Counted from the first letter of the stretch, positions 1 through 12,317 are shown. The stretch is DNA of 64,000 bases from Octopus vulgaris (GCA_951406725.2 OX597815.1:178994001-179058000), one strand, 5' to 3'. Translations and numbers: made by a program. The notes: a model not told the origin generated them from the sequence alone.

Positions 1-720
1 ACGCCCAGGAGAGTGTCACTTCCTTCCAGGATAACGCACTCTATAACCCACCAGATGTCTAGCACTGATGGCACACCAGATGTCTTTACCCTAGTTATTT
101 AGCTCCCTTGGTTTGTTGGAAAGAAGACAAATTCCTCACTTCTTCAAGGGACAACAAAATGTTTTACTGCGAAGGCTTGACTGAGAAATTGTACTTTGCC
201 GGCGCTGACTTTTCGGACCCTAGTTATGTAATCTACATTGGCCTATTTTTCACCCAAGTACTTTTCCATTTGGCGATGTATAGGCATTTACGTGTCGATT
301 TTTCAGTGAGACACATTTTAAAACTCTTGTTTGTCTGTAGTGGGCGGTCAGATTCGTAGTAGCGGTGGCGGTGTTAAAACTAGCAGCTATAGAAGCAGTA
401 GTGATTAGTGATAGTAATGTAGGTGCTTTCTTTGTTGTCATATACTGCTTCGCGGCAGTAAATGAGATGGTGTTGCATTTATTGTCGAGATTCTCTGCTT
501 TACATGCTGTTTCGTTCCTGTTGTTGCTGATGTCGGAATGGCGGTATTGTTGCTCTTACTGCTGCTGAGTCCTCTCGTGTTTTTTTTTTTAGGCTTTGTA
601 TTTGAAGAGGGGGAAGTCTTCGTCCATTGATTGACTGGAGAGTTTTGCTTGCCTTTCAGATTTACCACCTACTTTTCCTTCCAGCTGGTTGATCTTTAAA
701 GACGTCATGATCTTTAAGAT
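1..720 (-). pseudogene. Decayed ORF1 (gag-like) remnant of an L1/Tx1-like LINE, running off the window start
   Basis: Manual minus-strand translation of 1-270 (MEKYLGEK*ANVDYITRVRK...VVP*RSEEF...RVKTSGVPSVLDIWWVIECVILE) aligns by eye with ORF1 at 48.9-49.1 kb (IEKCLKPIWHLGKYVNRGRR...VDPLKTEEV...ISNILPEVNPEWLVAAVIMD); three in-frame stops. Confidence 0.55.
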
Positions 721-2244
721 TTGTGTTTTCCGAAAACTTCTGAATTTTGTCCAGGATTTTGTATTGAAAATTAAAAAATTAAATTTCAAACTTTTTGTTC
801 CGAATGGGCAAGAAAACAAAAGAGCCAACCAACTTATTGTGCCCTTGGCTAGCTTAACAAGTAAATAACAAAGATCAGCAAATAAAACTTGTTTAGATAT
901 GCGAATAGAGAAAATATATACAGAGCACAGTCGAGTACGTGTTGCTGATACATAAAACAACAACAATAAAACAGCAACAACTACGACAATAACAACAATA
1001 TATTTTCACTGATTCCCAAATGCTACCGAGTGCTTTGATTAATGTCAGCTCTGTGACTGACGTAAAGCGGATCTGCAGATCCGTTTAGTGCGAAGAATTC
1101 GTTTTAATGCATTAACTTTGGCTTCCTGCTTAACTTGAACTAATTCTTTGTAAATAAGATTACAGTTTTCTTAGATTTTCTTCTTTTTTTTTTTTACTTC
1201 AATATGAAAACCTGTGTTACATGTTATATCCGCGTCTTACTGCGCCCCCAATGAAACTAGTTTGATAAAGTTTTCGGTGTAACTGTTTCATTAAAATGGA
1301 TGCAAAAGCCAAGATATGCTGTGGGATAAATAAATTAAAAGATGATAAAGTAAAGAATGTACGAAAATAATTCCTAATTAATTGAAATCTTCCTTTTAGT
1401 TTGAGAGAGGAAAGACAAAAAACTTGGTCCTTGTTCGTGGCTCCCAAAACAAAAGGGGAGATAATTTCAAGGAATTAAGAATTAAATCCATCAATGCCAA
1501 TCTACGTGCCCGATGTTTCTTCATACAACGGGATATATCGATAGAGAAATCAATATTCATGAAGGATATAACAGCGGTTAAAAAACTAAAAATAATAACC
1601 AGGATGCATTTCTATTTTAGAATTGAAGTCTTCACAGTAATTTCATAAGATTAGCTACTACAGCTACTTAGAGTTTATATCAACGAATTACCGCAGATTA
1701 AGTGTAAGATAAATAAAAAGTTCAGGTTATTCATTGAGATCACTTTCTTATGACTAGATTGATATTAGGAATCTCTGAAATACGTTTTGCAGAACAGTTG
1801 TAAAAGAATTTTACAATTCAATGAATTGATTAATTGTAGAACGCATTCCAGATTCACATATGGAGTTATATACATTCTACTCATGATATTTTCTGCAACG
1901 AAAGCAGAATTGGAAGATCCGTGTTTTCTTAAAATGGAAAAGTATATAAAATAAAATACTAGAATTGGTAACACGTTTGTATTTATGTACATCACTGCTT
2001 CACGCTGTCACTCTGTATTTTATAAAATAAAATATCTGAATGAATAAAAATATTTTTTAGTATACCGTTATAGAATTATTTATTGCAAATTTGTTATGAT
2101 ACAGTCGAAAACATTGTTCCGTTGTTTGTGATTGAAGGAAGGACACGTATTCACTGCCATCAGCTAGTAAAATTCTCATCAAATTTACATGACAACCATT
2201 GATTATAGCGTCGTATTACTTTATCTATGAAATGAGTTCAAATT

Positions 2245-2590
2245 TTACTGAGTTCGACTTCTCATTTCATCTTTTCGTGGTCGATGAAATAAGCACCAGT
2301 GAATCACTGGAATCGATGTAATCGATTGGCCCCCCCCTCCTCCCAGATTCCAGGCATTGTGCATATAGTGCAAAGGATTATGTTGTCTGTGAATAGGGCG
2401 GCAAACTGCCATAATCGTTAGCAAGCCGGACAAAATGCTGCTTGCGTTCTGAGATCAAATTCTGCCGAGGTCAACTTTGCTTGTCATCCATTCGGAATCT
2501 AAAAATAAATACCAGTGGAGCACTGGGCCAATGTTATCGACTACCCACCTTCCCCTAATTTCAGGCCTTGTGCCTATAATAGAAACGGTT
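2245..2590 (+). mobile_element. Two degenerate copies of tRNA-derived SINE family M (tail B)
   Basis: GAGTTCAAATT B-box-like motif, core GTCRACTTTGC...TCATCC...ATAAATAAGTACCAG, tail CAGGCCTTGTGCCTATAATAGAAA. Confidence 0.7.
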
Positions 2591-2707
2591 ATTTTATTTA
2601 AGAATGAAATGAGACGAGAGGGCATTGTATTGCTTACACAACGAACACTATGCCAACGGTTAGTTGTCTGGTACCCTATCGAATCAGCTTTCACAGTTTA
2701 ACAGATA

Positions 2708-3128
2708 AAGGCGGCGAGCTGGCAGAATCGTTAGCATGCTGGGCGAAATGCTTAGCAGTATTTCGTCTGCCGTTACATTCTGAGTTCAAATTCCGCCGAG
2801 GTCGACTCTGCCTTTCATCCTTTCGGGGTCGATTAAATAAGTACCAGTTAGCACTGGGGTCGATGTAGTCGACAATCCGTTTGTCTGTCCTTGTTTGTCC
2901 TCTCTGTGTTTAGCCCCTTGTGGGTAGTAAAGAAATAGAAATAGGTATTTCGTCTGCTGCTATGTTCTGAGTTCAAATTCCGCCGAGGTCGACTCTGCCT
3001 TTCATCCTTTCGGGGTCGATTAAATAAGTACCAGTTACGCACTGGGGTCGATGTAATCGACTTAATCCGTTTGTCTGTCCTTGTTTGTCCCCTCTATGTT
3101 TAGCCCCTTGTGGGCAGTAAATAAATAA
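2708..3128 (+). mobile_element. SINE family M dimer (tail A + tail A)
   Basis: Head GGCGGCGAGCTGGCAGAATCGTTAGC (A box) ... GAGTTCAAATTCC (B box); core GTCGACTCTGCCTTTCATCCTTTCGGGGTCGA (resembles the Meta central domain, from memory); tail A; second unit restarts at GGTATTTCGTC (2944). Confidence 0.9.
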
Positions 3129-3512
3129 GATAATCAAAATGTATTCCGTTGAGAACAAGCAGTGGGATTATACATGCAATAAAGTTAGGTAGAAAAGCTG
3201 TTGGCTTTTGTGGACCCAGGGAGGAATTTGCTCACGTTTGTATATTGAATAGAACAATATTTATCTAACCAGGTCTGATTTTCCTTCGCTCTGGTTCTCT
3301 TTCGTTCAAATCATCTAATTTGAATATTACTGCCAGCCAAAGGAATATACTTAAAGACTCGGTTCCTGTATTTCTCCTTCAGCAAATTAATAACAAATGA
3401 CTGAAAAATGATGAGCTAGCCCCAGCTAGAATCTTTCTTAATAGCTTTCTCGTCGTAACTTAGAAAGTTTTTCGGGTTTGTTTACCAATATTATATATAT
3501 ATATATATATAC

Positions 3513-3866
3513 ACATCTTATAATTAAGGGCGGCTAAAGAAGGTTATTCTAAAGCCAATACACTGATTTATCCACTTATAATCAACTTGTTACAGGAATA
3601 TTGAACTGAAAGCGGGCAACTAACCTTTAGAAAATTTAAAACGAAATTTAAATTTCGTTTTAAATTTTCTAAAGGTTAGTTGCCCGCTTTCAGTTCAATT
3701 TTCCTGTAACAAGTGGATAAATCAGTGTATTGGCTATAGAATAACCTTCTTTAGCCCTTAATTATAAGATGTTTATACTTCAACCGTAAAGGTTTTTTTA
3801 ATATACTGCCACGCTTTTTGATGGAATCCTTTTCTGTAGAGAAAGGGACTTCATCCTATATTGTTA

Positions 3867-3868
<2 letters not shown>
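3513..3868. repeat. Spacerless fold-back palindrome (arms 3513-3649 / 3650-3772) plus ~95-bp tail, flanked by (TA)n; probable Penelope-like element end
   Basis: Direct reverse-complement match centred on ACGAAATTT|AAATTTCGT, with two small indels. Confidence 0.85.
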
Positions 3869-3901
<33 letters not shown>

Positions 3902-3983
3902 ATTCAAATAAACGAATAAAAGCGGACAGCATGAGTAGGTGCACAATGAATGAATTAGGTTGATGCTCGGTAAAAAAAAAGAG

Positions 3984-4020
3984 AGTTTGATGTTTCGAGC
4001 ATATCTCTTCGTCGGAAACT
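3984..4020 (-). ncRNA. Degenerate minimal type I hammerhead ribozyme motif
   Basis: AGTTT-CCGACGA-A-GAGA TAT GCTC-GAAA-CA-TC-AAACT; perfect 5-bp stem I, but core U4>C and one stem II mismatch. Confidence 0.5.
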
Positions 4021-4039
4021 ATATCTTTTGTCTTTTGTC

Positions 4040-4436
4040 TTTTATCTTTTACCTGTTTCTGTCATTTGACTGCGGTCATGCTGGGGCACCGTTTCGAAGA
4101 GTCTTAGTCGAATGACTCAACCCTGTATTTCTTTTCTTTTCTTTTTGTAAAGTCTGGTGCTTATTCTAAGGGTGTTTTTTTGTTGTTGCTGAACCGCTAA
4201 GTTACGGGGATGTAAACATGCCAACACTGGTTGGTAAGCGGTGTTGGGGGACCGAAACACAAACACACATACACACACACAACGGGCTTCTTACAGTTTC
4301 CCCTCTACCAAATCCACTCACAAGGCTTTGGTCGGCCCGAGGCTATAGTAGAACACACTTGCCCAATGTGCCACGTAGTGGGACTGAACCCGGAACCATG
4401 TGATTGCTAAGCAAACTTCTTACCTCTCAGCCACAC
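4040..4436 (-). mobile_element. tRNA-derived SINE family C (internal microsatellite)
   Basis: TGGCTGAGAGG A box, GGTTCAGTCCC B box, TTGGGCAAGTGT; 3' part CAGCATGACCGCAGTCAAATGACAGAAACAGGTAAAAAG; matches copies at 10.4, 21.2, 33.4 and 62.7 kb. Confidence 0.85.
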
Positions 4437-5504
4437 CGTGGATCAGTAAAGGAAATCGAATTCTCAGTAATTTTTGTAAAGGATCTTTAAAAACCATTAA
4501 AAATATATATTTGCTTTTATTACTTATCATTTTGCTTTAACACTTCTTTATATTCAACATTCCTTATGATACAGCCGGAATAATATCGTATTTCTATTGT
4601 GTTCAATGAATCAATAGGCAACACACATACACAAAATTATGTGAGAGAACGAATAACTCTTATAAGTAATATTTTACCGATTCTTTTTTTAAGTCAGTCT
4701 GTAAATATAGATAAAAATTATGTCGTTTGCGTCGTGTTTCAATTCTGGAAGATTTATGCTAGTCAGCGTTTATCGTGCTTTATCGCCTTGCTACATATTT
4801 CGTGTTATTTATCTTCTGCGATACTGTATCGAAGTTTTCTAAATACGATCATAGATTCATTCATTTATTATTACTATTCATTTCTGGTGACACAATTAAT
4901 AAATGGTTGAAGTCAGAATGTCGGCAGAGATGTTTATAAGAGAGGCATGTAGATTGAATGTCATTTTAGCGAAGTCTTTTATCATTGACTTTTGAGCATA
5001 TAAGAAGCATCACACACACACACACACACACACGTCCAATATTTGAATACCGTTATTTATAGCTTTATGTATATGCTTTGAGATTGGAAAAAAATATTTC
5101 ATATTCTTTCGAAAGTTTGTAAAATTCTTATGACGCCAGCAATGTATATATTTGTATATATAAACCATAAAAAAGTCAGGAGGTCTGAGAGGTGAATCTA
5201 TTTATTTAACCACGCCATTCTTAGGAGGAATATGGTCGTTTCACAGCCTTCATCATGTTATAATAGTTTTTGTGTATAATAAATTATTTTACGTGTTTGC
5301 ACTAATATGTATGCTTCGCATTATACAATAGAATTATACATAAACAAATCGATGCAGATAAAAAAAAGGCTATCTCATCTGGTCACCAGAATATCAAGTT
5401 ACACCAATGTTTCGACTCGGAGCATACATACGAAATTTTCTCTTTAGATAAACAACATATGCATGGAATTAGCTTGATTTGGTCATTAAAAATGAATATA
5501 AATT

Positions 5505-5625
5505 GTATATTTCTTTCTGGGGGTATGGCAAGGAGCCGAAACCGGCTACCACTCATATGGCCTTTCAGCAGCAACCCTCTCAAGCTAGGGTTTGACCACA
5601 GTCTCCAGCAGCTTCACATGGCCAT
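5505..5625 (-). mobile_element. Tc1/mariner-superfamily transposase fragment
   Basis: Minus translation VKLLETVVKP*LERVAAERPYEW*..SAPCHT resembles the 'WQQDSAPCH' catalytic region. Confidence 0.45.
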
Positions 5626-5774
5626 CTTCAAAGACGGGATAAACAGCACGTGTAGACGCAATCAGAAAGCCTCTTGTATTCCTTCCTGTTGGTCACGACT
5701 TCATGGTCTCTGTTGCAGCTGTCCATGTCACATCTTACAGCCTTAACAGTGACCACAGAACATCAGCAATCAGT

Positions 5775-6078
5775 GGAGTCGCATTGGCCCAGTGGTTAGG
5801 GCAGCGAACTCGCGGTCGGAGGGTCGCGGTTTCGATTCCCAGACCGGGCGTGTTTATTGAGCAAAAACACTTAAAGCTCCACGAGGCTCCGGCAGGGGGG
5901 TGGTAGCGACCCCTGTTGTACTCTTTCGCTACAACTTTCTCTCACTCTTTCTTCCTGTTTCTTGTCCCCGACTTCCTATGCAACCGCTGAGCCTGGATGC
6001 GCATTCATCCATCCGTCGATGCTCTCGGTGTTGGGGGTTGACCTGCTTTCTCTTCTGCGGGTCTTACGAATAGCAAAG
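5775..6078 (+). mobile_element. tRNA(Arg)-like SINE family D, tail variant 1
   Basis: TGGCCCAGTGG A box, CTCGCG anticodon-like loop, GTTTCGATTCC B box; body shared with 23185, 32110 and 40816 copies. Confidence 0.85.
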
Positions 6079-6872
6079 TCATGATGTCAGCATTTTTCTC
6101 AACTCCAACTTCAATTGTTATCCTCTCCAACGCCGCAGACTGTTAACCAATGCAGCAAGCTGTTACTGAAAAAGGAGATTAAAAAATCGCCAGATTTAAC
6201 CCGAACACCATCAATAATAAAGCAAATGATGTAGAAGTTCTTTGCAGTGGTTTTGTTCATCATTTTTTCTAAGCCAAAATTTTGATCAATAATATCAAAA
6301 TCTTTCTAATTAATTTAAAAGCATAGCATTTTTCGTAATTATGGAGATTAACAATGCCATGAAACACGGCATTCCCTGCAGTTTTGATTTCAGATATGGC
6401 CTATCTGTTTTATAAATGACATTAAAAATTTTTTGGACAAGTTGATAAGGTCTGGGCTACTATATGTTCACATCTTGCTCTCTCCCCTCCCTGTCTGTCT
6501 ATCTATCTAATTGTATTTCTGCAGATTTTCTGGAGAGTTCAGAATCAGTACTGAAAGTTACGACGTTTCGTATACGAACATATCTATGTAAACAATGCGA
6601 TTGCAGATAGAAAGCAATAGGTAATGGGTATATATGCATGTTTCAAGAGTTATTACATTTTCATCAGCGCTACATTCAACCTACCAACTATTCAAGAAGG
6701 CATTACTTAAATACCCACCAAGTTTAGCGGTGTATCACCATTGAGGAGGTATTTTCGTATCAAATACATTCCTGTCAACTTGTACGTAAATATTAATTGC
6801 TAAGAAGGAAACAGCATTTAGTTTTGCACTCTCTTTCTTTCTTTCTTTCTTTATATATATATATATATATAT

Positions 6873-7010
6873 AAAAACTTTTACAAGGAAAAAGTTGACA
6901 GTAACTTCTAAGTTTCTGTTTTCTTATTAGACTATCTGATGAAGCTAGCAAGCTGAAACTTCGAAATCGCTGTCAACTTCACCTTGAAAAAATTATCATA
7001 TATTCTACTA
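6873..7010 (+). mobile_element. Penelope-like end: imperfect inverted repeat around a hammerhead core (6936-6959), next to (TA)n
   Basis: CTGATGA-AGCT AGCA AGCT-GAAAC; 6873-6916 is an approximate reverse complement of 6955-6994; stems I and III not clear. Confidence 0.55.
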
Positions 7011-7256
7011 AAAAGTATTGAGCAAACATTCAGTGTAATGCTGAATAGTTACACACACACACACGCACACAATTTTTCAGGCAACTGATGGTCTGGCGCC
7101 TTTTTAAATCCGTACATAATTATGAGTGATCATAATCTACGATATTTGATCACTGAGTGACAATAGATGGTGTTGTGTATAATTTGGTCTTAATAGTCAG
7201 TTATTGTTGGTTACTACAGCAGTTTAAAAGGATTTGGAATAGTCTTACCTCACCCC

Positions 7257-7290
<34 letters not shown>

Positions 7291-7296
<6 letters not shown>

Positions 7297-8192
7297 ATCT
7301 CATAAACAATGCGGTTTTATAATCTTTTATTCAAAATTAAGATAATCAAAATTCTTTATTAATCTAAAATATACTCTCCTCCATTTTCTACAATGCTCTT
7401 CTACCTATCTGTTAGACTTGCAAGGTCCCTCATCCAATATTAACTTGTCCGTGACGAAAAATACTCCTCCAGTACTGTTCTGACCTCGTCTACAGAATTC
7501 ATATTTTTTCCGTCCAAATGATTTTGAATACTGCAGATTAAAGGATAATCAGATGAAGCAATGTCCGGCGAATATGGTGGGTGGGGCATTGTTTCCCATT
7601 CAAACTGCTCCAGACTTTGGAATGTCATCCTCCCAGTATGTGGTTGAGCATTATTCCGATGGAAGAATACTTTTTGTCTTGAAACCAAGGATGGTCGTTT
7701 TTCTTCTAGTGCTAGTGTCGATGAATGGTTGAATGGCCAAATCCAAACTTCTCTGCTAGTTCCGCAACAGTTACGATGGGATTTTGTTCCACCAGGATTT
7801 GTAGGACGTCCTCGTCGAGCTCTACAGATCTTTCAGGGTGTGGGTCATCTTCTAGGCTGTAGTTTCCGGCTCGGAATTTTTGGAACCACCGTTGAGACTG
7901 GTTTACGCTTATTGTCCGATCCCCATATACTGCATTAATATTCCTCGCACTTTCCCTTGCGATGTTGCCTTTATTGAACTCATAAAGCAAAATATGCCGA
8001 ATATGCTCCGTTGTCACTTCCATTATAGCTTTGAAGAACTAACTTAAAATTTAACTGCACTCTTCAAAACTTGCACTAAGAATAACGACAATGTAAAATT
8101 ACTACCTGCTTTAATAGCTAGTTGATGCAATTTGCAATTGAAACTTAGTTCATGCAATTGAAAAAAAAAACGTATTATTTATGGGATGACCA
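7291..8192 (-). mobile_element. Internally deleted mariner (DD34D) transposon
   Basis: TIRs TAGTCATCTCATAAACAATGCG / CGTATTATTTATGGGATGACCA; ORF 7712-8023 is the N-terminal HTH (HIRHILLYEFNKG...QRWFQKFRAG); ORF 7440-7688 is the C-terminus (NAQPH, HPPYSPDIASSDY); the WVPHEL and first-Asp region is missing. Confidence 0.9.
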
Positions 8193-8208
8193 CCACACAC
8201 ACACACAA

Positions 8209-8210
<2 letters not shown>

Positions 8211-8240
<30 letters not shown>

Positions 8241-8662
8241 TGTGTACAGTGCTCAGGTGCACTACAACTCATCTAAAGTGTATATATAATCAGGTGTAGT
8301 TTCGGCGGATTTCGGAAAGCATGAGGGCCTTAAAGGATGCAGTGTCATGGCAGTCAACAACTGACGCAGGCAGTTTATTCCATGCTTCAGCAACCCTGAG
8401 CGTGAAAAAATGTTTCCGAAAGTCATGGGAGCTGTGTTGTTTTCTGACTTTGTAGGCATGTCCACGTGTGTTAGACACATGGAGATCAAAAAGGTGTTCA
8501 GTGTTGTTGTTGGTGAGGTGGTTGATAACCTTGTGGGTGTTTACCAAGTCCGTCGCCAGACGCCGGAGCTTCAGTGAATCCATGCCCAGGGAAACAAGGC
8601 GCTCAGAATATGGTAGGTGTCTGATGGAGGGTATGCGTTTGGTTGCACGTCTCTGGACAAAT
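8211..8662 (-). mobile_element. 5'-truncated CR1-clade LINE 3' end with (ATT)n tail
   Basis: VQRRATKRIP...YSERL..LGMDSLKLRR...TRGHAYK...FFTLRVAEAWNKLP is a typical CR1/L2-group RT C-terminus; short 3' UTR then (ATT)n. Confidence 0.85.
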
Positions 8663-9432
8663 TCCAGAGTTTATCGCCACTTCAACATGGCTGTTCCGTA
8701 GGAACCGACGTTACTACAATTTTAACTCCAGGGATGCGCCTCCTCCAGCTGGTTATTCGATGCAATCTGCACTCGATATATATTGCAAGCAGGGGAGTGA
8801 ACTCCTACCGTCTTCCAGCCATGAGACCACCAGACCGTACGGTTTCGTGCTATTTGTCTTCATCCTAGGTGATGGATACGCAATATATAGAAAAATATAT
8901 GGTTGTGATGTCAGTTTATAAGCAATACTTCTCAGTATAGTTACTGCTTTCAACTCTTGTAGAGATTCTCTAACTAGCTACTTTGCTTACACACACACAC
9001 ATACACATATATATATATATATAGACAGGGAGGGGAGAGGGGGGGAGAGAGGGCGGGAGAAATTGCTTATAGTAGAAGAGTCGATGGGGGATATAAAAAT
9101 CAAATACAAGTCCCATATTGATGCACAAGACATTAGAGGTTGAACGAGAATTGGATTGTGGTGCTTCGGGTGAAAGCTGTATGAGACGTGTGACAATGGT
9201 TTGGTTCAACAGATGTGTATGGTATAGAAATACAGGAAAGTAGAAAATGTTGTGATCTTGACAGAAAATGATTCTTCGAAAAAAAAAAAAGAAAAAAAAA
9301 GAAAAGAAATTGTGGAAGTTTTAGAAGTCCTTAGGTTGACTGATGAGTGATTGAATTATTTTAACAAGACCAGAGTGATGTGCTAGACTTGTCCGATAGC
9401 ATATGACATGGATCAATAGTTTGTACGATAAG

Positions 9433-9520
9433 GCAGGGGCCTCCAACCGAGGGAGCCGCGGGCCAGTACCGAGTCGCAGAGAAAGAATATATTTAAAAAA
9501 TTTATTTCTGTTTTATTAAT
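9433..9520 (+). mobile_element. hAT/Charlie-like terminus fragment
   Basis: CAGGGGCCTCCAACC...GCCGCGGGCCAGTACCG resembles Charlie-type 5' ends; the other end was not found. Confidence 0.4.
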
Positions 9521-9529
9521 TATCAATGC

Positions 9530-9705
9530 ACTTGACAATCCGCATTGGTGTGTGTACGCCTCTGTAACTTAGCGGTTCGGCAAAATAATCCGATAAAGTA
9601 AGCACCAGGCTTAAAAAAGAGTAAGTACTGGGGTCGATTCGTTCAGCTGAAATTTTTCAAGATGGTGACCCAGCAGGGCTGCAGTCCAATGACTTAAGTA
9701 AAAGG
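9530..9705 (+). mobile_element. SINE family C, 3' half
   Basis: GTAACTTAGCGGTTCGGCAAAA...GGGGTCGATTCG...GCAGTCCAATGACT. Confidence 0.7.
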
Positions 9706-9819
9706 TAACATGTTGTTTTGCAAACAACTTGTACATGCAAATGCTACCAGTTCTGAAAAGAATCGATAAATTCGACATGTAAAAAGGTAAAGGGCATTGC
9801 TTATCGACAAAGTTTCTTA

Positions 9820-9851
9820 CATACCCGGGCAACACCGGGCTATGCTGCTAG
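9820..9851 (+). mobile_element. Helitron 3' terminus
   Basis: Hairpin CCCGGGCAACACCGGG followed by CTAG|T; same as the end of the 50711-51013 element. Confidence 0.65.
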
Positions 9852-10388
9852 TGTATATATATACTCAAGATGGAGGTGGAAATAGCATAGAAGTAAATCT
9901 AAGACTTTTCAATTTAAGAAGGAATTTAATAAAATGATTTGAAAATTATATAAAGAAAATGTTACCGGGTTCAATGATGAATCTCATCTTATCAAATATC
10001 AGAAAAAATTTATAAAAATTTCAAGTAGAAATAGTTTATCTTCGGTCTGGGGGGTCAAAAACATCTCTCTCTCTCCCTCTCTATATATGTATCTACCTAC
10101 CTACCTACGCACACATCCACACATATATTTACCTTCATATTTCAAGTCATAATTGAAGAAATGTCTTAACTGCATTTTCCAGTTTTGCATCAGTTTGATA
10201 AAACGCAAAATTTTGACATTTCTTTTGCACTGCTGAGCAGAGAACTTTTCATTCTAATAATAGTCTCATCATGTCAGAAGGTGTACACTAAATACTAATA
10301 AAATAACCTATCCCAACTAGCGAGGTTACGAAAGAGCAAATAAGTCATATCATGCTTGCTAACTGTAACCGATAAAGGAAAAAGATAA

Positions 10389-10551
10389 AGGCGTAGGAAT
10401 GGCTGTGTGGTAAGTAGCTTGCTTCCCAACCACATGGTTCTGGGTTCAGTCCCACTGCGTGGCACCTTGGGCAAGTGTCTTCTACTATAGCCTCGGACCG
10501 ACCAAAGCCTTGTGAGTGGATTTGGTAGACGGAAACTGAAAGAAGCCCGTC

Positions 10552-10623
<72 letters not shown>

Positions 10624-10843
10624 ATGTACGTGTGTGTATATGTTTGTGTGTCTGTGTCTCCCCAACATCGCTTGACAACCGATGCTGGTGTGTTTAAGTC
10701 CCCGTAACTTAGCGGTTCGGCAAAAAGAGACCGATAGAATAAGTACAAGGCTTACAAAGAATAAGTCCTGGGGTCGATGTGCTCGACTAAAAGGCGGTGC
10801 TCCAGCATGGCCACAGTCAAATGACTGAAACAAGTAAAAGAGT
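10389..10843 (+). mobile_element. Full-length SINE family C with internal (TA)n/(TG)n
   Basis: GGCGTAGGAATGGCTGTGTGG...GGTTCAGTCCC...GAAAGAAGCCCGTC-(TA)n(TG)n-...GAAACAAGTAAAAGAG. Confidence 0.9.
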
Positions 10844-11282
10844 ACCGTTTTACCATTGCTGTAAAAAAATTAAAGCAAGAATTGTAAAGTAAAGACGTTT
10901 TGAATGAGCAAATATGTCAGGAGAATATCAAATATTTTTCAAAGTAGACTTTACTTAGAAAGATTCTTCGGAGTATTTCATCCCGTGTATTTCTCATCTT
11001 ATAATATGTATCTAGGGAGCCTAGGTAACTATGCATACCTTACCAACACTCGATACCTTCATGGTTGTTTCACCTCACTGTGAACCCTATGCTATGTTAC
11101 CTAGCCAGTTCTGCCGTCCTACATGTTGATGTGCCAGGGGCTACTGAATCCTGTAACTAATCTCTCTCTCTTAATGTATATATATATCTATATATTCAAA
11201 TTCAACATTATGCAACCGTTAATCTAAATGTATTTTTTCTCTTCATTTTTTTCCTCTCTTCCCCCGTTTCCTGTCCCGATTC

Positions 11283-11318
11283 CTTTCTGTAGAAGGGCGT
11301 AGGCTCGAAACGTCGAAG
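11283..11318 (+). ncRNA. Degenerate minimal hammerhead motif in a Penelope-like end
   Basis: CTTT-CTGTAGA-A-GGGC GTAG GCTC-GAAA-CG-TC-GAAG; core A6>U. Confidence 0.5.
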
Positions 11319-11449
11319 ATTTTTTATTTTTTCCTGAGCGTCAAAAATCTTGTTTGTTGTTCCTTTACCTGTCTCTGTCTTGCTTTTTGCATAGTTTTGA
11401 ACAACACACACACATATTTATTTAGATAAGGATCAGTGATCTTTTCCCG

Positions 11450-11662
11450 TGTCACAGGCTTCCCGAATACTGTGGCGTATACATTTTCCCCAGGACAGGA
11501 CGCCAGTCTGTCGGAAGATTGCTCACTTTTGCCAGTTGAATGGATTGGAACAACGTGAAATGAAGTGCTTTGCTCTAGAACGCATCGCCCAGTCTAGGAA
11601 CGGAAACCACAATCTTAAGTTCATGAGCGGAACACACCCCACAAGTAAACCGCGCACTTTCA
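11450..11662 (-). mobile_element. Degenerate tRNA-derived SINE related to the heads at 22900 and 26870-27145
   Basis: AAAGCACTTCATTTCACGTTGTTCCAATCCATTCAACTGGCAAAAGTGAG on the minus strand, shared with 22975-23025. Confidence 0.55.
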
Positions 11663-11680
11663 CATATGTGTGTGTGTGAG

Positions 11681-11714
<34 letters not shown>

Positions 11715-12236
11715 CTTGCCTCCTCGAGTGTACAGGTTCATGGAGTCTGAGGTCATCCAAATTTTCAAGGCGTTTAGGCTGCAAGCTCACGGTTATTCCC
11801 TGAACGAAACGCTGGTCCGTTATACGGCTGACCCACTGATGTTACTGGTATGTCCTGACAACTAGACCACGCACCTTCACAAAAATGCATGTGTGCGTTT
11901 GCATTTATACGCACCCACACACATACATTCTTATGCATACATATATGTACACACTCATACATCTATAATTTAATATTAAAAAAGGCACGGTATAAATAAT
12001 TCAATTCACAGTATAAATAATTCAATTCAGTAAGCTTGGAGCATTAAACCAAAACTAAGTTTCCACGTATCACGATTACGTTTCATTAGTCAAGTATTAT
12101 GGGAGGACACGCGCATAATCCCTCCTAACCCGACACACATGTGAGCACACAGGTGTAAAATATGGTTAAGAAAAATAGTACTCAATAGTGCTAGAGGTAG
12201 AATAAAATTTTATTTTACTGAGGCTGAAAAGAACTC

Positions 12237-12285
12237 CACAAACCGTTACTCAGAGTTTCACGTAACCGTTCATCAGGCAGTTGTG
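12237..12285 (-). ncRNA. Type I hammerhead ribozyme motif (Penelope-like end; related fragment at 37610-37753)
   Basis: CACAACTGC-CTGATGA-ACG GTTA CGT-GAAA-CT CTG AG-TA^-ACGGTTTGTG; intact core, GUA site, stem I with a mismatch next to the core and one bulge. Confidence 0.7.
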
Positions 12286-12317
12286 AGAATTCAGAATAAC
12301 ACAGAAGCTTATAAAGT

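Noticed and set aside
1740-2160. Possible second Naiad endonuclease remnant
   Set aside because: Only faint similarity (GSSNS, NTCP); too decayed to support
5775-5850. tRNA-Arg-like sequence
   Set aside because: The acceptor stem is not properly paired and it continues into a repeated SINE body; a SINE head, not a tRNA gene
10345-10833. Recurrent 'FQSFDCGHAG...' and 'YRPRKDERQS...' ORFs resembling a gene family
   Set aside because: Antisense translations of SINE families C and M
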